From the NCBI GenBank assembly GCA_951406725.2, contig OX597816.1:5084001-5148000 (forward strand): 64,000 nt of DNA, written 5' to 3'. The translations under genes were made by a program, and so were the position numbers. The notes under the pieces were generated by a model that made no database searches, was not told the DNA's origin, and saw only the letters and a program-made list of their open reading frames with translations. This document shows positions 13,358 through 26,903 of this stretch, piece by piece; position 1 is the first letter of the stretch, and each line of letters begins with the position of its first letter. Source of the stretch: Octopus vulgaris. Lineage: Eukaryota.

Positions 13358-13770
13358 TATTTCTTTACTACCCACAAGGGGCTAAACACACAGAGGACAA
13401 ACAAGGACAGACAAACGGAATAAGTCGATTACATCGACCCCAGTGCGTAACTGGTACTTATTTAATCGACGCCGAAAGGATGAAAGGCAAAGTCGACCTC
13501 GGCGGAATTTGAACTCAGAACGTAACGACAGACGAAATATATGTTTCTTTACTACCCACAAGGGGCTAAACACAGAGGGGACAAACAAAGACAGACACAC
13601 GGAATAAGTCGATTACATCGACCCCAGAGCGTAACAGGTACTTATTTAATCGACCCCGAAAGGATGAAAGGCAAAGTTGACCTCGGCGGAATTTGAACTC
13701 AGAACGTAACTACAGACGAAATACAGCTACGCATTTCGCCCGGCGTGCTAACGTTTCTGCCAGCTCGCCG
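13358..13770 (-). mobile_element. SINE-A with one head and two tandem bodies
   Basis: Body and tail occur twice; flanking direct repeat tcttggcat(a/g)cc at 13346-13357 and 13771-13782. Confidence 0.92.
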
Positions 13771-14154
13771 TCTTGGCATGCCATAAACCCAATATATTTT
13801 GTTGTCATACACTTCCTCTGTCTTATAAATATATTCCCAAGTGACTTTAAAACTTAGCATTGACAAAGCACTCAATACATAACACGAAGTATCGTACTTT
13901 TAATCGTCCCTTCTTTCTTTCTCTCACTACGTGTCTCTTTATTCTTTTTTCTCCTTGTTCCTTTCATTCCGATTCTTCTTGTTCTTTCATTGTATCCCCC
14001 CCCCGCTCCATTTTAATAATTTTTTTCATACGTGTACTACTTTTCTCAACTGTCATATTTATTTATAAATTTCAGTAACTGAGCTGTTCGATAAACAGAG
14101 ATCGATAAAATACACATTAGATAGCAGTACGTAGAAAGTTTGATATGGATGAGG

Positions 14155-14215
14155 ACGGTGCTCCAGCATGGCTTCAATCCGATGATTAAAATCAGGAAAA
14201 AGAGATAAAAGATAT
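14155..14215 (+). mobile_element. SINE-B/CR1-type 3' tail fragment
   Basis: cggtgctccagcatggc..aaaagagataaaaga. Confidence 0.6.
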
Positions 14216-14291
14216 GTGAAAGGATATAGAGATATAAGGAGTAAAAAAAATGTTTTTTTTCTTTCGATTAAAGCTAAAATAAGGAACTTAC

Positions 14292-15018
14292 CATGGTGTT
14301 TCTTCGCAAGCTGTGCTGCTGGAACCGCTGGAGTTACTCTCTTAGTGTTCGGCAATTTTTTTAGTGTTTTGATAGTAACGGTATCTTTTTTTGTTGTAAA
14401 CCCAGGGTGAACCAAGTTGGCCGGCTTTGGCACTGCACGCTGAGGCTCAACTGATGCAGTAACTTTCGTTTTGTATTCAATTTCGACTTTTTTACCTGAT
14501 CCAGTTGTCTTTTTAACATCTCCGACAAAGATTTGACCTGTATTTTCAATGGTGTCTTCAAAGAACCCGTTGTTAATTCCCATCGGCTCCTCCTCTGAGT
14601 ACGACAGACGTTTCTTGTGTCCATCAGTTGATTGTTTAAGATTATCAGATTCTTCATATTTCAAGAAATTATCCTTCTTGCTTGGTTCCGAGAAGCTAGT
14701 CGTTGTTGTCTTGATTCCAGTGGTAGTGCTACTTTCAGGCTGTGTTCCAGACTTGGCAGTTGTTTTAAATTTATGCAAGTTATGAAGTTTTTTCAACTTG
14801 CCTTTACTCAAAACATCAGACTGACTTTCCCAAATGCCATTGTCTTCCCAGTTATAAAAGTTGTCACTTAGAGAATCCTGTTTTTTCCAGTTTTCATCTT
14901 GACCTTTTTCTGGCAAGAAATCAGCAGTCTCCAGATTCATCCACCTATGGCTAGGATGAATTTTTCTGTGATGTGCATTAACCTCACTGGTATGCTCTTT
15001 GTATTTTCCATGGTGAAC
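14292..15018 (-). CDS. Internal coding exon (727 nt, phase 0 to phase 1) of an unidentified K/T/S-rich protein, VHHGKYKEHTSEV...PAAQLAKKHH
   Basis: 242 non-repetitive open codons; acceptor gctaat..ttgtgttttctgttttgtag|GTT with branch-point-like motif and polypyrimidine tract; donor CATG|gtaagt. Confidence 0.85.
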
Positions 15019-15115
15019 CTACAAAACAGAAAACACAAATTATTAGCTATATTTCGGCTTTCACTAGTGATTTTAATTTCAAATTATACTGGTTTCTTAT
15101 ATTTCGAAAGAACCT

Positions 15116-15228
15116 TAAATTTTACCGGTGAGACATAAAAGAAAATGACTCTCCCCAGACACAACAGAATATGCTTCAACACACGAACTCATATAAAGAA
15201 TCTTGCAAACCAAATCCAAAAACAAAAA
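15116..15228 (+). repeat. Interspersed repeat family D fragment
   Basis: Near-identical to 50551-50675 and to the reverse complement of 60826-60950. Confidence 0.85.
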
Positions 15229-15616
15229 AACCTTAAATTTGTTATGACAGAAAATAGGCGATCGAATAATCTCCGATATATCTGGTATTTATTCGTCTTT
15301 TGTTTATTTTATTGCGTGTCGAAATACAAAAAAAAAATTAAGAAGATTCAACTCAGGATGTAGAGTGAGGTGAAATCAAATACTGTAAAGCATTCAGTGC
15401 GGTGCTCTACTCTTTCTTTCAGTCGCTCTCTTTCTTTGTTCTCATATGTAAATAATTACTGCGACTCACAATAATATAAATATTAATGCTTCCCAATGAA
15501 ACAGGACCCCACACACACTCACAATTACGCACATAGGGTTTTAGTGTGAAAAGGGCTTCATCTCTTGAAGTGACCTTCATATATGTGTTACTAATATTGG
15601 CAACATTTTTTTTTCA

Positions 15617-15810
15617 ACGGCGAGCTTGCTGAATGGTTAGCAAACAGACCAAAATGCTTAGCGACATTTCGCCCGTCTTTACGATCCGAGTTCAAATCTC
15701 GCCGAGGTCGACTCCACCTTTTATCCTTTCGGGTTCAATAAAATAAATACCAGTTGAACACTGGGGGTCGATGTAATTTAAGCAACTTACACCCACCCAC
15801 CCTGAAATAT
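15617..15810 (+). mobile_element. SINE-A, diverged
   Basis: cggcgagcttgctgaatggttagc head, gagttcaaat B box, core. Confidence 0.82.
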
Positions 15811-16909
15811 TATAGAACTGTAAAAGCAAAGCAGAGTCTGGCAAAATTTGAACTCGTGTTGTAGAGAAACGGAACGAATTAATCTGACGCATTGAATCCG
15901 AGACTACGGTTATCCGAACTGAATAATCCACGAAAATAAAGAAAGAAAAATGGTGTAAAGTTTTAAAAATCTGACAGAAAATATTCTATATTTAGGCGAT
16001 AAATGAAAGCTGACAAAATTAAACATTGGAGATAAGCAGCAAGACTTCATGTCTTTATTGAAGTATTTCACTGCTAGCGATAAAAGCAATGTAGCCACAC
16101 ATATAATTCGAAAATTCTTGGAAGAATAGAGAATTTGCCGCAGATATTGTGTACGAGAGTACCTGCTCTCGAAAAAATAAGCATTGTTGATGAAAGCAAT
16201 TTCCTGAAATGTACAAAGAAAAGAGCCCAATTTCTTTGTGAATGTTGGTTACGCGTAATAATCAAGATTTTTTCTCTTCTCAAATGGCCATCATAGATGT
16301 CTGTGACGATTCAGAGAAATAATGAAGGGAGAATACTTGAAACCGATAAGGAGATTTGGAGATAGCGGCATAATGTTGTCGAAGTATTCGGCCAGTCAAG
16401 ATATTGGATCAACCATTCCTTGTCATCAAAGTACCATTTATTGTGCGGTATATCACAGTGGAAATTTTACAGTTCCGTTTTCCATTTATAGAACAGTTTA
16501 TTTAATCCAAACTTGCAATATAACTGACCAATTCTACCCTGTTAATCAATAGTTTTATCAAGATCATAAAACTGAGACGATTTTGACTAGAATCCTATTG
16601 GAAATTGATGACAGATCATTAAAGCCAATATAATTCAAGAAACTTCGAAAGAGAGAAATCTTTTCTAAGGAAATTCAGAAAGGATTGTGCAAATCAGAAT
16701 CGGTGTTATTGAAGAAACTTGCTGACAGAATAATTAAAAGTTTAAAATAAAACTGTAAGAGAATCCTGTCAGAGCCATGATTATCAAATTCTAGTTGAGG
16801 AATAAACAGAAATCTCATTTCTTTAAATATTTGCACGATCAGGGCTTTGATTTTTACAAATCAAGAAATCAATAAAGCGTGTTATATATATATATATATA
16901 TATATATAG

Positions 16910-16957
<48 letters not shown>

Positions 16958-17039
16958 CTATGTATGTATGTATGTATGTGTGTGTATGTATATATATATA
17001 TATACATAGTATATCATTTAATATACATATGTATGTATG

Positions 17040-17088
<49 letters not shown>

Positions 17089-20000
17089 TATGGCACTTTC
17101 TATAATAATTGTGCAGTCCATCTTGAATGCTCCTTTCCTCTCTCCGTTACGACACCCCACTAGCAGGCAATGATTGAGAAAATAATTTGAATATTTCACA
17201 TGCACGTTCTTCAGAAAAATCGATTTATTGAATGCAAATATCTAAATCTTCTCCCAGATCATCTCTCCCCATGTACTGGATTACAACACTGAAGAATCCA
17301 ACTGCAATTGTCTTGTAATCTTCTGGCGTCAGTGCTTGAACCGAACTTGCAACTAACTCAGTAAATGAAAAGCTAAAAAAAAAAACTCTGTCAAGCGATG
17401 TCAGCCTACATTTGTGCGGCGCTCGTTATTCTTTACAGATGTCGCATCACAAAGTTTGCATGCAATGTTGATTAAGAACAAAAATGTCTTGCCTAACCAA
17501 AGGATGTGTCTCGTCTATAAGAAGCAAAAAAAGCAGTTGTAATCCGGTCATAGGAAAATAGTATGGAAGACAACACTGAGTGAAAGAACCACAGATATCA
17601 GTTTTGTGCAGCGTTAAAAGTAACCAAGAACATTGGTGAAACGATAATGGAAGCAAAACACAAACAAAGAAAAACGACGTAAAATAGACGGATAACCGTA
17701 AATGTAATACATAAACTTATATCATAAAATTTAATTGCATTTTGCATTAATATAATATATTTATGCATGTATAATGCATACAATGCATTGATATTAGAAC
17801 GAACGATCAAAGTTGGCGAATCTCATAATAGATGACGATAAAATTTTCAAAAGTATTATTTGGCCAACCAGCATCGATAATTTTTGTTTTATATTATCGA
17901 TAGCCTGCTGCCTGAATTCTCTGATAGTTCAATAATATTTAAAAAACATTATATATTTATTTATTTTAAACTTTACTTAAATTTTATTTCAAACATACCT
18001 TTTTTTTTTTTCTGTGATCGTTTATCATTGTTCTGAGGCGATGTATTTATTCTGCATAATTATTCTTAGTCGACTTTTAATAATCAATACGGGGAAACAA
18101 GACTAAAGCAAGTTTAAAATAATGCCATATATATGTTAATACTAAACATCACAAACCGAGCGATCAAAACCTTGTAAAGTGTGCAGCTTTAATAGACTTC
18201 ATAGAAATATAGTTCCTCCTCCCACACACACTGAGTTTTACTTATTTCAGTATTCAAATCATTATCACCATACACATGCGATGGCATTGTGCTTATATAA
18301 ATGCAGTAAGTTGCGTCTTGTTACGGTACCATCCAACCATTGGCTTACAAATTCGCGGAAGCACACTTACAGAGCAAAAAGGCAACCAGCACTAGCATCA
18401 ACGGTTCAAGAATTTGGAACTGGAGATCTCCATTTCCAGTGACTTCGAGGGCGTCAACGAAGAGCCCTCGACTACAACAAGACGACCAAAGTTTTTTTTT
18501 TCCAAGGTCTGGGGTCTCCCGCCCCTAAACCCTAGACCATCACCTTAATCACCCTTACCCGTCTTGTTGCTTAACAAACAACAACAACAGCACTTGCATC
18601 AAACCAATTCATCTCAAAGCAAAACTATAGCAAAGATTAGAAGCAATACCGTATGACTAGGTTCATTGGTAAACTGTAATTCGTACTTTGAAATGAGTGC
18701 ATGAAAAATACGTAGAGTAGGGCACGGTAAATGCCTTGCCTCCACGAACAGAAGCAAACAACAATAAATATGATGGTAAATCAAATAAACGAGCAGAATT
18801 TACTGCTGAAGGACTACAAATAAAAGTTTAAAATTTATATGGCTCGAAAGGAATGTATATCCGTCTTATAAAAATATATATTTTACAGAACCTATCATAA
18901 TAAATATTCAAAATATCCGGAGAGAAAATAGCCGTGCGCCAGAAATAACCTTGTATCTCAAGAGGCTTTTAAGAAAATAGATTCTTAGATCTAAAATGAT
19001 ATCAAACAGAAATACAAATTCAAAAAGTAAAGACACATAATGTGTATACAAACAATAAAGGGAAAGAAACAATAAAAAATACAAACAACGAAAATAAATA
19101 TAAAAATGTTAAACTGAAAAATATGGAGAACATGAGTGACAAACCTGAAGTTGGCAGAAGCAAAACAAACAACTGAAAATAAGAAGCATTTAACTCCAGA
19201 ATCTTTACAAATTATCGACCAAATACTGCTTAAACCAAAGAAAATATGAGCGAAACAGTATATGTGAAAGATGTGAAGGTAGAAAATTATTGATGTTGGA
19301 AATTGTGAATAAGCAATAATCTAATTAAAGAATTAAAATCGATACATGTCCCTTAGGACAAAAGAATTACCAACCCGAAGATAGAAGTTAATGATAGAAT
19401 AACAAAAACATACAAACAAACCGAAATTGGGTTGTCGTAGACACCGAACATATTGACATCAATATCACTTGTGTAAAGTGACACATTACGTTTATAAAAT
19501 AAATAAGAATGCCTTCAGGGACGGTAAGACGGTAATACCTAGAAAACTCAAGCTGAAGTAGTAAGCAGGTGTCTGGAAACATTAATGATAAAAATCTAAA
19601 TTAAGAATGTTATGTTAAATAAAATGTTCGGAAGAAAATCTCCTTCATGAATATTATGGAAAACCAGGACAAATCAGAAAAAAAAATAGAATATATCTGT
19701 GACACGGGATTAAACAACAACCTGCAGAACAGAATTAAAAGACTTCATATATACAGCAGAGAATACTCTAAAAGCAAGATAAAATTATCATAGTATAGGG
19801 CATGTCGATTTCAGGAGACAGATCGAATAATGAAAATGGCAGATACTTTTAAATCGCAGACAAGAACCCCTGCTAACCTATTCCAAAAGGCGGCAATATG
19901 TCATTGAAAAGAAAGACACCGCTACAGACAATACACGGATTTATTCGAGTAAGTGAAACGAGACTTGAGTTGCAAAAATGCTTCATGACAACTTTGAAGA

Positions 20001-20319
20001 GAAGATTTATTAAAAACATTAATGCCGTCTTAGATAAATATACACTCATAAGAAGATTATTCCAAACACAGACTTCCAAAGACTAGGAATTAACAAGCAA
20101 GATAAGAAGTACCACACATTCGCAGACAAGCACGTAAGCACAAATGTATGAAAAGGTTAGGAATGTATATCATAGACACATTAGATTAATATGTAAAGCG
20201 CTAAATAAAAACTGTATTAATAAGAATCACTATTTCAGTTTTCCAAGTAAGAAGTTCTAGTTATAAATGTTGTCAACAAGAATAAGAATTAATAACCAAA
20301 GTAAATGGAAAGCAGCGAT

Positions 20320-20725
20320 AATGATTGCATTTAGAATACACCACCCAAACGATTAAGCGTGTTGTAACTGTCTCGTCAGAGTCAGGTGAGAATACATATA
20401 CAAAGGTGACAAAGTTAAGGCTTTCAAAGTGGAAATTATGCTGCATACACCGGACAAGGTGTCGGTGAATGACAAAGCGACCATACTCTGGGATGTGTTG
20501 GTCCTGAAAGACAAGGAGATTATATATAATGATCTGGGTAGAGTTATCAAGACCAAGTAGTAAAGAAAGACCCACCTGATGTGGTGGCGGCGGTGATGGT
20601 GGTGGGTGGGGGTTAGTCTAACCAGACAATAATAAATCTCTTAAGGAAATTAAGACATTACCTAAATTTTAAGACCTGGGAAGAGAGATAGCTAGAATGT
20701 GAAGATTGCAAACAGAATAATCCCT

Positions 20726-20730
<5 letters not shown>
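20320..20730 (+). mobile_element. Old R4/Dong-type RLE endonuclease relic
   Basis: Translates with stops to HTPDKVSVNDKATILWDV..DKEI and SLKEIKTLPKF*DLGREIARM*RLQTE, matching the RLE domain pattern. Confidence 0.75.
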
Positions 20731-20756
<26 letters not shown>

Positions 20757-21437
20757 GAGGGGAAAACAAGAAAAATAATGACTGGATTTAGATTGTACCA
20801 CCCAAAATCTGTCATAGAAAGGCTATATATAGAACGTATCGAAGGTAGTAGAGGCCTTATACAGCTGGAAAACTATTACAAAACAACTACAAAGACTGCA
20901 AAAATACCTACTTCAGAAAACTAATACAAATAGCCACAAAACACGAACAAAAGAAAAAAAACCGTTTTCAGTCTTTAAGGAAGTTGACAAATACAAAAAA
21001 GAAGTCATAGTACCGAACGACTATGAAGAAAAAGAAGAAACAAGAAAAGCTGTAAAACAAATGAAATCCAAACTAAAAATAGAACAGCAAAGAACCATGA
21101 TAAAACAATGGCAAGAAAAACCCCTTCACGGCAAATACTGGACAAAACTAAATGCAAAAGAAATAAACAAAGAAAAATCCCAGCAATGGTTGAGAAGCTC
21201 AGGACTCAAAGCAGAGACAGAGGGATTTTTAATTGCAGCACAAGACCAAAGCCTCCCCACCAGAAATTACCAAAAACATGTAATGAAAAGAAATATAACA
21301 AGTAACTGCAGAATATGTGGAGATGGACAAGAAACAATAAATCATATTATCTCTAGCTGCCCAGTCCTGGCTAAGAAGGAATATATTCACAGACACGACA
21401 GAGTTGGGACCTATATACACTGGAAGCTATGCCAATA
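20757..21437 (+). mobile_element. R4/Dong-type LINE internal fragment (RT thumb, linker, CCHC)
   Basis: KTRKIMT..HPKS.IERLY..RGLIQLE; WQEKPLHG; ETEGFLIAAQDQSLPTRNY; CRICGDGQETINHIISSC..RHDRVG; begins directly after a (TAA)n tract. Confidence 0.92.
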
Positions 21438-21614
21438 CTCAACTGGTACTTATTTTATCGATAATGATATCGATAGATTTGGTAATTTTTATAACAGATT
21501 CAAGTTTCCACAATATACAGAAAACGATGCTATTAAGCAAGGGAACATATTATGTAGAGTCAAGGAGTCATCACATTGAGGTAACTCTCCCATATTATTA
21601 TGTGAATGTATAAG

Positions 21615-21810
21615 GCAGTGAGCTGGCAAAAATGCTAGTGAGTCCAAAAAAATACTTAGTGGTATGTTTTTCGAAACCTTACATTCTGAGTTCAAATCTC
21701 GCCCAGGTCAATTTTGCCTTCCTTGATCGATAAAGTACTTGTTGCGGGGTCTGTGTAATCGATTAACTCCAACCGCTAAAACTGCTGACCTTTTGCCAGA
21801 ATTTGAAATG
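21615..21810 (+). mobile_element. SINE-A, diverged
   Basis: ggcagtgagctggc head, ttctgagttcaaat B box. Confidence 0.72.
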
Positions 21811-22384
21811 ATAATACGAATGTATGTTAGTGTCATGAGACCTCTCCATATGATTACGAAACCAATGAAAGGTCAGACCGTGTCAATGTAGGCAACATCC
21901 GTATATCGACCTTTTAAGTCATCAGTTATATTTATAATGCAATTGTCATTTTCAGACCGTAGCTGGTTGCTAACACCTTCCCTTCTTGAAACTTTTAATT
22001 AAAATCTAGTGGACTACAGCTAGAACTGGGAACCCGCAATAAATCCTTAAAACAATGTCATGCTATACTAAACAGAAGAATGGCACTTCTGTCATAATTT
22101 TTAATTAATTCTCCTCTTAACGGATTCTCCTTTTCTCTTCCTTTTTCCTCTATTGCAACCTTACAACCAATATATGAAACGGTTACAGCATACACTTAAA
22201 ATTAAAATACAGCTTTAATTTTCTAACTAATCATATACTAAAGAAAGCATCCAGCTGGCATAATTCTTAGTGCGTCGGACAAAATGCCTGGTGGTATTTC
22301 GACTCATCATCGACTGGGGGCGATGTAATAGACTCACCCATTCCCCAAAAATTTCTGGCATAGTACTAAAATCAGGAACTAATT

Positions 22385-22591
22385 TTGGCAGCAGGCCAGC
22401 AGTTTTATCAAGGAAGAGTTTTGACGATTACATTGAAGCAAGTGCTCAACGAGTACTTTATATATCGACCCTGAAAGGTTGAAAAGCAACGCCAACCTCG
22501 ATGGAATTTCACGTATGAAAGTAAAACGGCCGGAAGAAATGCTGCGTAGCATTTTCTCCGACGAGTTCATAATTCTGCCAGCTCGCCGCCT
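22385..22591 (-). mobile_element. SINE-A, diverged
   Basis: ttctgccagctcgccgcc head on the minus strand, core remnant. Confidence 0.72.
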
Positions 22592-23151
22592 TTGTACCAT
22601 AATTTGAAAGAATATTTAGCAAATAAAGAGAGACCTATTATTTTCTTCAACTGATGTAAGATCCTAAGTACAACCATTTTATTTTTTTTTTATTTCATCT
22701 AGTTTCAGCTCACGAGCTGTGGCCATGCTGGGGCACAAATTTCTTTTTGGTTTAATTGCTTTGTAGCAATTGTGGAGATGATATTCTGTCGATCCTGGGT
22801 TTCTTGAGGAAAAACCTAAACAGATTCATAAAGTCTAATCCAGAGCTACAAAGGTCGTTTAGCCTGAAGTCAGGTTTGATCGAGTGATCTTATGATCAAC
22901 GGCAATCTAACCGTAACCATCCCGTCTTATTCGCCTAGAATTACTATAATCCTACTGCGTTCTCTTTTCAATTCAATAAAGTGTAAATTGAAGTAGATTT
23001 GGCAGTGACTTCGAGAATGCAACCACGTTTAGATTCTCGCATTGGTCTGTAGAAGTTGATATCCAAACCGCAAATTAATTGAATTCTTACTAATCAAACA
23101 ATAAATTTGTCCCTTATATTGGCGAACTGTAACTATTAATATTTGTCGACT

Positions 23152-23350
23152 AAGGCAACGAGCTAGTAGAATCGTGAGCGCGTCGAACAAAATGCATAGA
23201 AGCATTTCGTCTGCCTCTACGTCCTCAGTTCAAATTCTGCTGTAGTCGATTTTGCCTTTCGGGGTCGATAAAATAGCATCAGTTGGGCACCGCAGTCCAC
23301 ATATTCACCCATTCCCCCAAATCGCTGTTCTTGTGCCAAATTTTGAAACC
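23152..23350 (+). mobile_element. SINE-A, diverged
   Basis: aaggcaacgagctagtagaatcg head; gcctttcggggtcgataaaat core. Confidence 0.75.
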
Positions 23351-23398
23351 GATTTTTGTCGATTGTGAATCGGGCTGAACCAAAAACAGTGAAATACC

Positions 23399-23820
23399 TA
23401 TTTTTTTACTACCCACAAGGGGCTAAACACAGAGGGGACAAACAAGGACAGACAAACGGATTAAGTCGATTACATCGACCCCAGTGCGTAACTGGTACTT
23501 ATTTAATCGACCCCGAAAGGATGAAAGGCAAGGTCGACCTCGGTGGAATTTGAACTCAGAATGTAACGGCAGACAAAATACCTATTTCTTTATTACCCAC
23601 AAGGGGCTAAACACAGAGGGGACAAACAAGGACAGGACAAACGGATTAAGTCGATTACATCGACCTCAGTGCGTAACTGGTACGTATTTAATCGACCCCG
23701 AAAAGATGAAAGGCAAAGTCGACCTCGGTGGAATTTGAACTCAGAACGTAACGGCAGACGAAATACTGCTAAGCATTTCCCCCGGCGTACTAACCACTCT
23801 GCCAGCTCCTCGCCGCCTTA
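23399..23820 (-). mobile_element. SINE-A with one head and two tandem bodies
   Basis: 14-bp TSD aacagtgaaatacc at 23385-23398 and 23823-23836. Confidence 0.93.
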
Positions 23821-24684
23821 AGAACAGTGAAATACCATTGTCACCCACCAATTACAGCAACTGCGAGAGAACACGAAGCTTCTATTTTTCGCCCCGCAAT
23901 CTGACACATTATTGCCGCAGTCAATTGCTACTTAATTATCCCGATATGATTCAAGATCATAACGTCCCTGTTTATCATCCAGTTAATTATTAGCAGCGGT
24001 CATCGGCCTGGCTATATTCTTTATGCTAATTTTTTTTTTCGTTCTGTGCACCTAATTTCGCAAATTTCAGTTTATGCTGATAATAAAGTTAAGAGAAACA
24101 TATTTGATGTCCAATTTTATACACAGCCTGTCTGTGGAGAAAAATCGTTCAACTGCAACCATTGTGGGTAATTGCGCAAATTACACAATATCACCAACCA
24201 AGTTATGTGAAAAAGTCGTTCAATAATTGAATTTGATTTAAAGCCAAGTCACTAACTTTATCGCATTTATCTTGCTGCTGTGCAAGGCTAAACTTTTAAA
24301 ACATGTTCATACTGGCATAAATCTTATTGCTATACAGCAGGTCAGTTAATTTGTTTGCAGCATCTTTATACTATAATTTACTGCTGTACAATACTTCAGC
24401 TAAGTTCAGATATTACCATTTTTATACAATGAGTCAGAATGGTTATGCGGAGATCACAATGGAATACCAACTCGTGTTTACTGTGTCTAAGTCTACTGTG
24501 GCAATTCCATTGTGTCTTTAATCAATATTTCTTATTCTACATATTATAGTTTATCTACCCATTGGTAAAGAGTGGCGGAATTTTATCTGCGATGGACTGG
24601 AATTCTATACAATGGAATATATTACTCTCAACCTCTTAACGCAAAAGAAATCCTCCCAAAACTGGGCGAATGTCGAGAATCTTT

Positions 24685-24906
24685 AATCTTTTACTAGTTT
24701 TAATCATGAAACTCCGGCCATGCTGGAGCACCGCCTTCAAGAATTTTAGTCGAACGAATCGACTCCAGTACTAATTATATTTTTGTAAAGTTTGGTACTT
24801 ATTCTATCAGTATTTTTGCCAAATCGCTAAGTTGCGGAGACGTAAACACACCAAGACAGGTTTTCAAACGGTGGGGGAGGGGGATCGAAGACACAAAGAC
24901 GCACAC

Positions 24907-24960
<54 letters not shown>

Positions 24961-25123
24961 GCGACGGGTTTCTTTCAGTTTCCATCTACCAAATCCACTC
25001 ACAAGGCTTTGGTCAGCCGAGGGTATAGCAGAAGGCACTTACACAAGGTGCCATGCAGTAGGAATGAACCCGGAACCATCTGGTTGAGAAGCGAATTTCT
25101 TACAACGCAGTCACGCCTGTGCC
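24685..25123 (-). mobile_element. SINE-B with internal (TA)n
   Basis: Colinear with other SINE-B copies. Confidence 0.88.
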
Positions 25124-25242
25124 TTCAAGGATGGGGTGGGGTAAAAACCGTAACGTGTATCGTATTCAGTATTGCAGCTTTCAGAATCAACAGAACGTGA
25201 CCCAACTGGCTCCGGTGTCGCTGTTATAAATTCCAACCCTAT

Positions 25243-25666
25243 CTATTTCTTTACTGCCCACAAGGGGCTTAACACAGAGGGGACAAACAAGGACAGACAG
25301 ACGGATTAAGTCGATCACATCGACCCCACTGCGTAACTGGTACTTTGGTTATCGACCCCGAAAGGATGAAAGACAAAGTCGACCTTGGCGGAATTTGAAC
25401 TCAGAACGTAACGGCAGACAAAATACCTATTTCCTATTTCTTTACTATCCAAAAGGGGCTAAACACAGAAGGGACAAACAAGGATAGACAAACGGATTAC
25501 GTCGATTATATCGACCCCAGTGCGTAACTGGTACTTGTTTAATCGACCCTGGAAGGATGAAAGGCAAAGTTGACCTCGGCGGAATTTTGAACTCAGAACG
25601 TCACGACAGACGATATACGGCTACGCATTTCGCTTGGCGTGCTAACGTTTCTGCCAGCTCACCGCC
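25243..25666 (-). mobile_element. SINE-A with one head and two tandem bodies
   Basis: Duplicated body and tail, same junction as 23399-23820. Confidence 0.92.
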
Positions 25667-25734
25667 AACAGCAACAATTATGCTGTATAACACCGATGTA
25701 CAAATTCATTTTTGGTAATTTGTTATAAGCGAAG

Positions 25735-26192
25735 ATCTGCTCCCAAGAGGGAAGGCGTGAAAGACATGCAGTGATATCCATGTGGTAGATCCGAGAAATT
25801 CTAGCTTCCAGATTTGGAAATGGAAACTAAACCAACCACCAAACTAGGCAGCACTTCATAGTACCAAAAATTTCGTCTTTTCCATCTAGAATAATGGTGC
25901 AGTACTGTGACAGACTGGGTTTAAAGAGTCCACAACTGTTCAACATTTTGCCAATCAACCTCAGAGATTTGCGAGGTTTAATTAAGGGGGTCTTTAAAGA
26001 GCGTCTGGACAAATTGTTACCTGATACACCTGATGAGCCTATATCGAGGTAGGAAGCACAAAAAGTAACAGCTTCGTCTAATTCGCTACTTTACCAGAAA
26101 CGGTAGAGAAAAGAAAGCCAATCACACTGAAAAGCAGTGCTCCAACATGGCCTCAGCCACTGGCTGAAACCAGTAAATGATAAAAGATAAAA
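25735..26192 (+). mobile_element. CR1-group LINE 3' end (ORF2 C-terminus plus tail)
   Basis: SQEGRRERHAVISMW* then SPQLFNILPINLRDL..FKERLDKLLPDTPDEP..SNSLL; tail gcagtgctccaacatggcctcagccactggctgaaac. Confidence 0.82.
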
Positions 26193-26883
26193 AATATTGT
26201 ATAACTTATTATCTATTCATTTTCAATTTGTTCTGACAGATCCGAACCCGACTATGCTAATCGCTGTGGTTTCTCATTCGAATCTACCAGAGCGAATTCA
26301 AAATGAACAGATACGTTAATGTTTGGATTGTCACTGTTCTGCGTGACCCCCACCCACGACTTATTATATTGTATGTTTTGCCGAAATATTTAAAATATTT
26401 AATCTTCGAAGGACCAGTCAGTAGAGAGGTCTCGTCTAGAGCTGAAGTTTACCAAGATGAACAGTACCGGTGCTGTACAGATGACAACTATTTTCTTTAT
26501 TACCATATTTAGATAATTCCTATTACCGCTGCCTCGAAGAGATAAGTTCTTTTGAAAGCCAATAAATTTAATCATATTTTGAAAGCTATATCTTCTGAGG
26601 AGATGTTCTGAAAATATCTGTCGTAGTATCAACAAAGAACTATTGAGTGATTGATGATAACTTATCATATCATAGGTTAGTAGTGTATAAGTTATGCTAT
26701 CAAATTTAACATCGTCCGATCTTTATGTTACATGCCACGCGGGTATAAGATGTCAATTAAGTTAATCTGTAGAAGCTGGCCTTACAGTTGTATAATTAAT
26801 TATTCAAGTTAAATGTGTCGCAAAGGCAGTATCCGTGGCAGGCTGCTTGTAAATGGTGTAACAACACATCGCAAGCATTTACT

Positions 26884-26903
26884 GGAAACTTCTAGAAACT
26901 TCT
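26884..26903. promoter_or_regulatory. Perfect four-unit heat-shock element
   Basis: gGAAacTTCtaGAAacTTCt matches nGAAn-nTTCn-nGAAn-nTTCn; function untested. Confidence 0.4.

Noticed and set aside
14059-14291. C-terminal part of the 293-aa ORF
   Set aside because: Lies beyond a strong gtaagt donor and runs into a SINE tail; intron read-through
18560-20250. A-rich stretch with faint APE/RTE-like motifs (also 30640-32450 and 50080-52050)
   Set aside because: Probably ancient LINE debris but too degenerate to classify by eye
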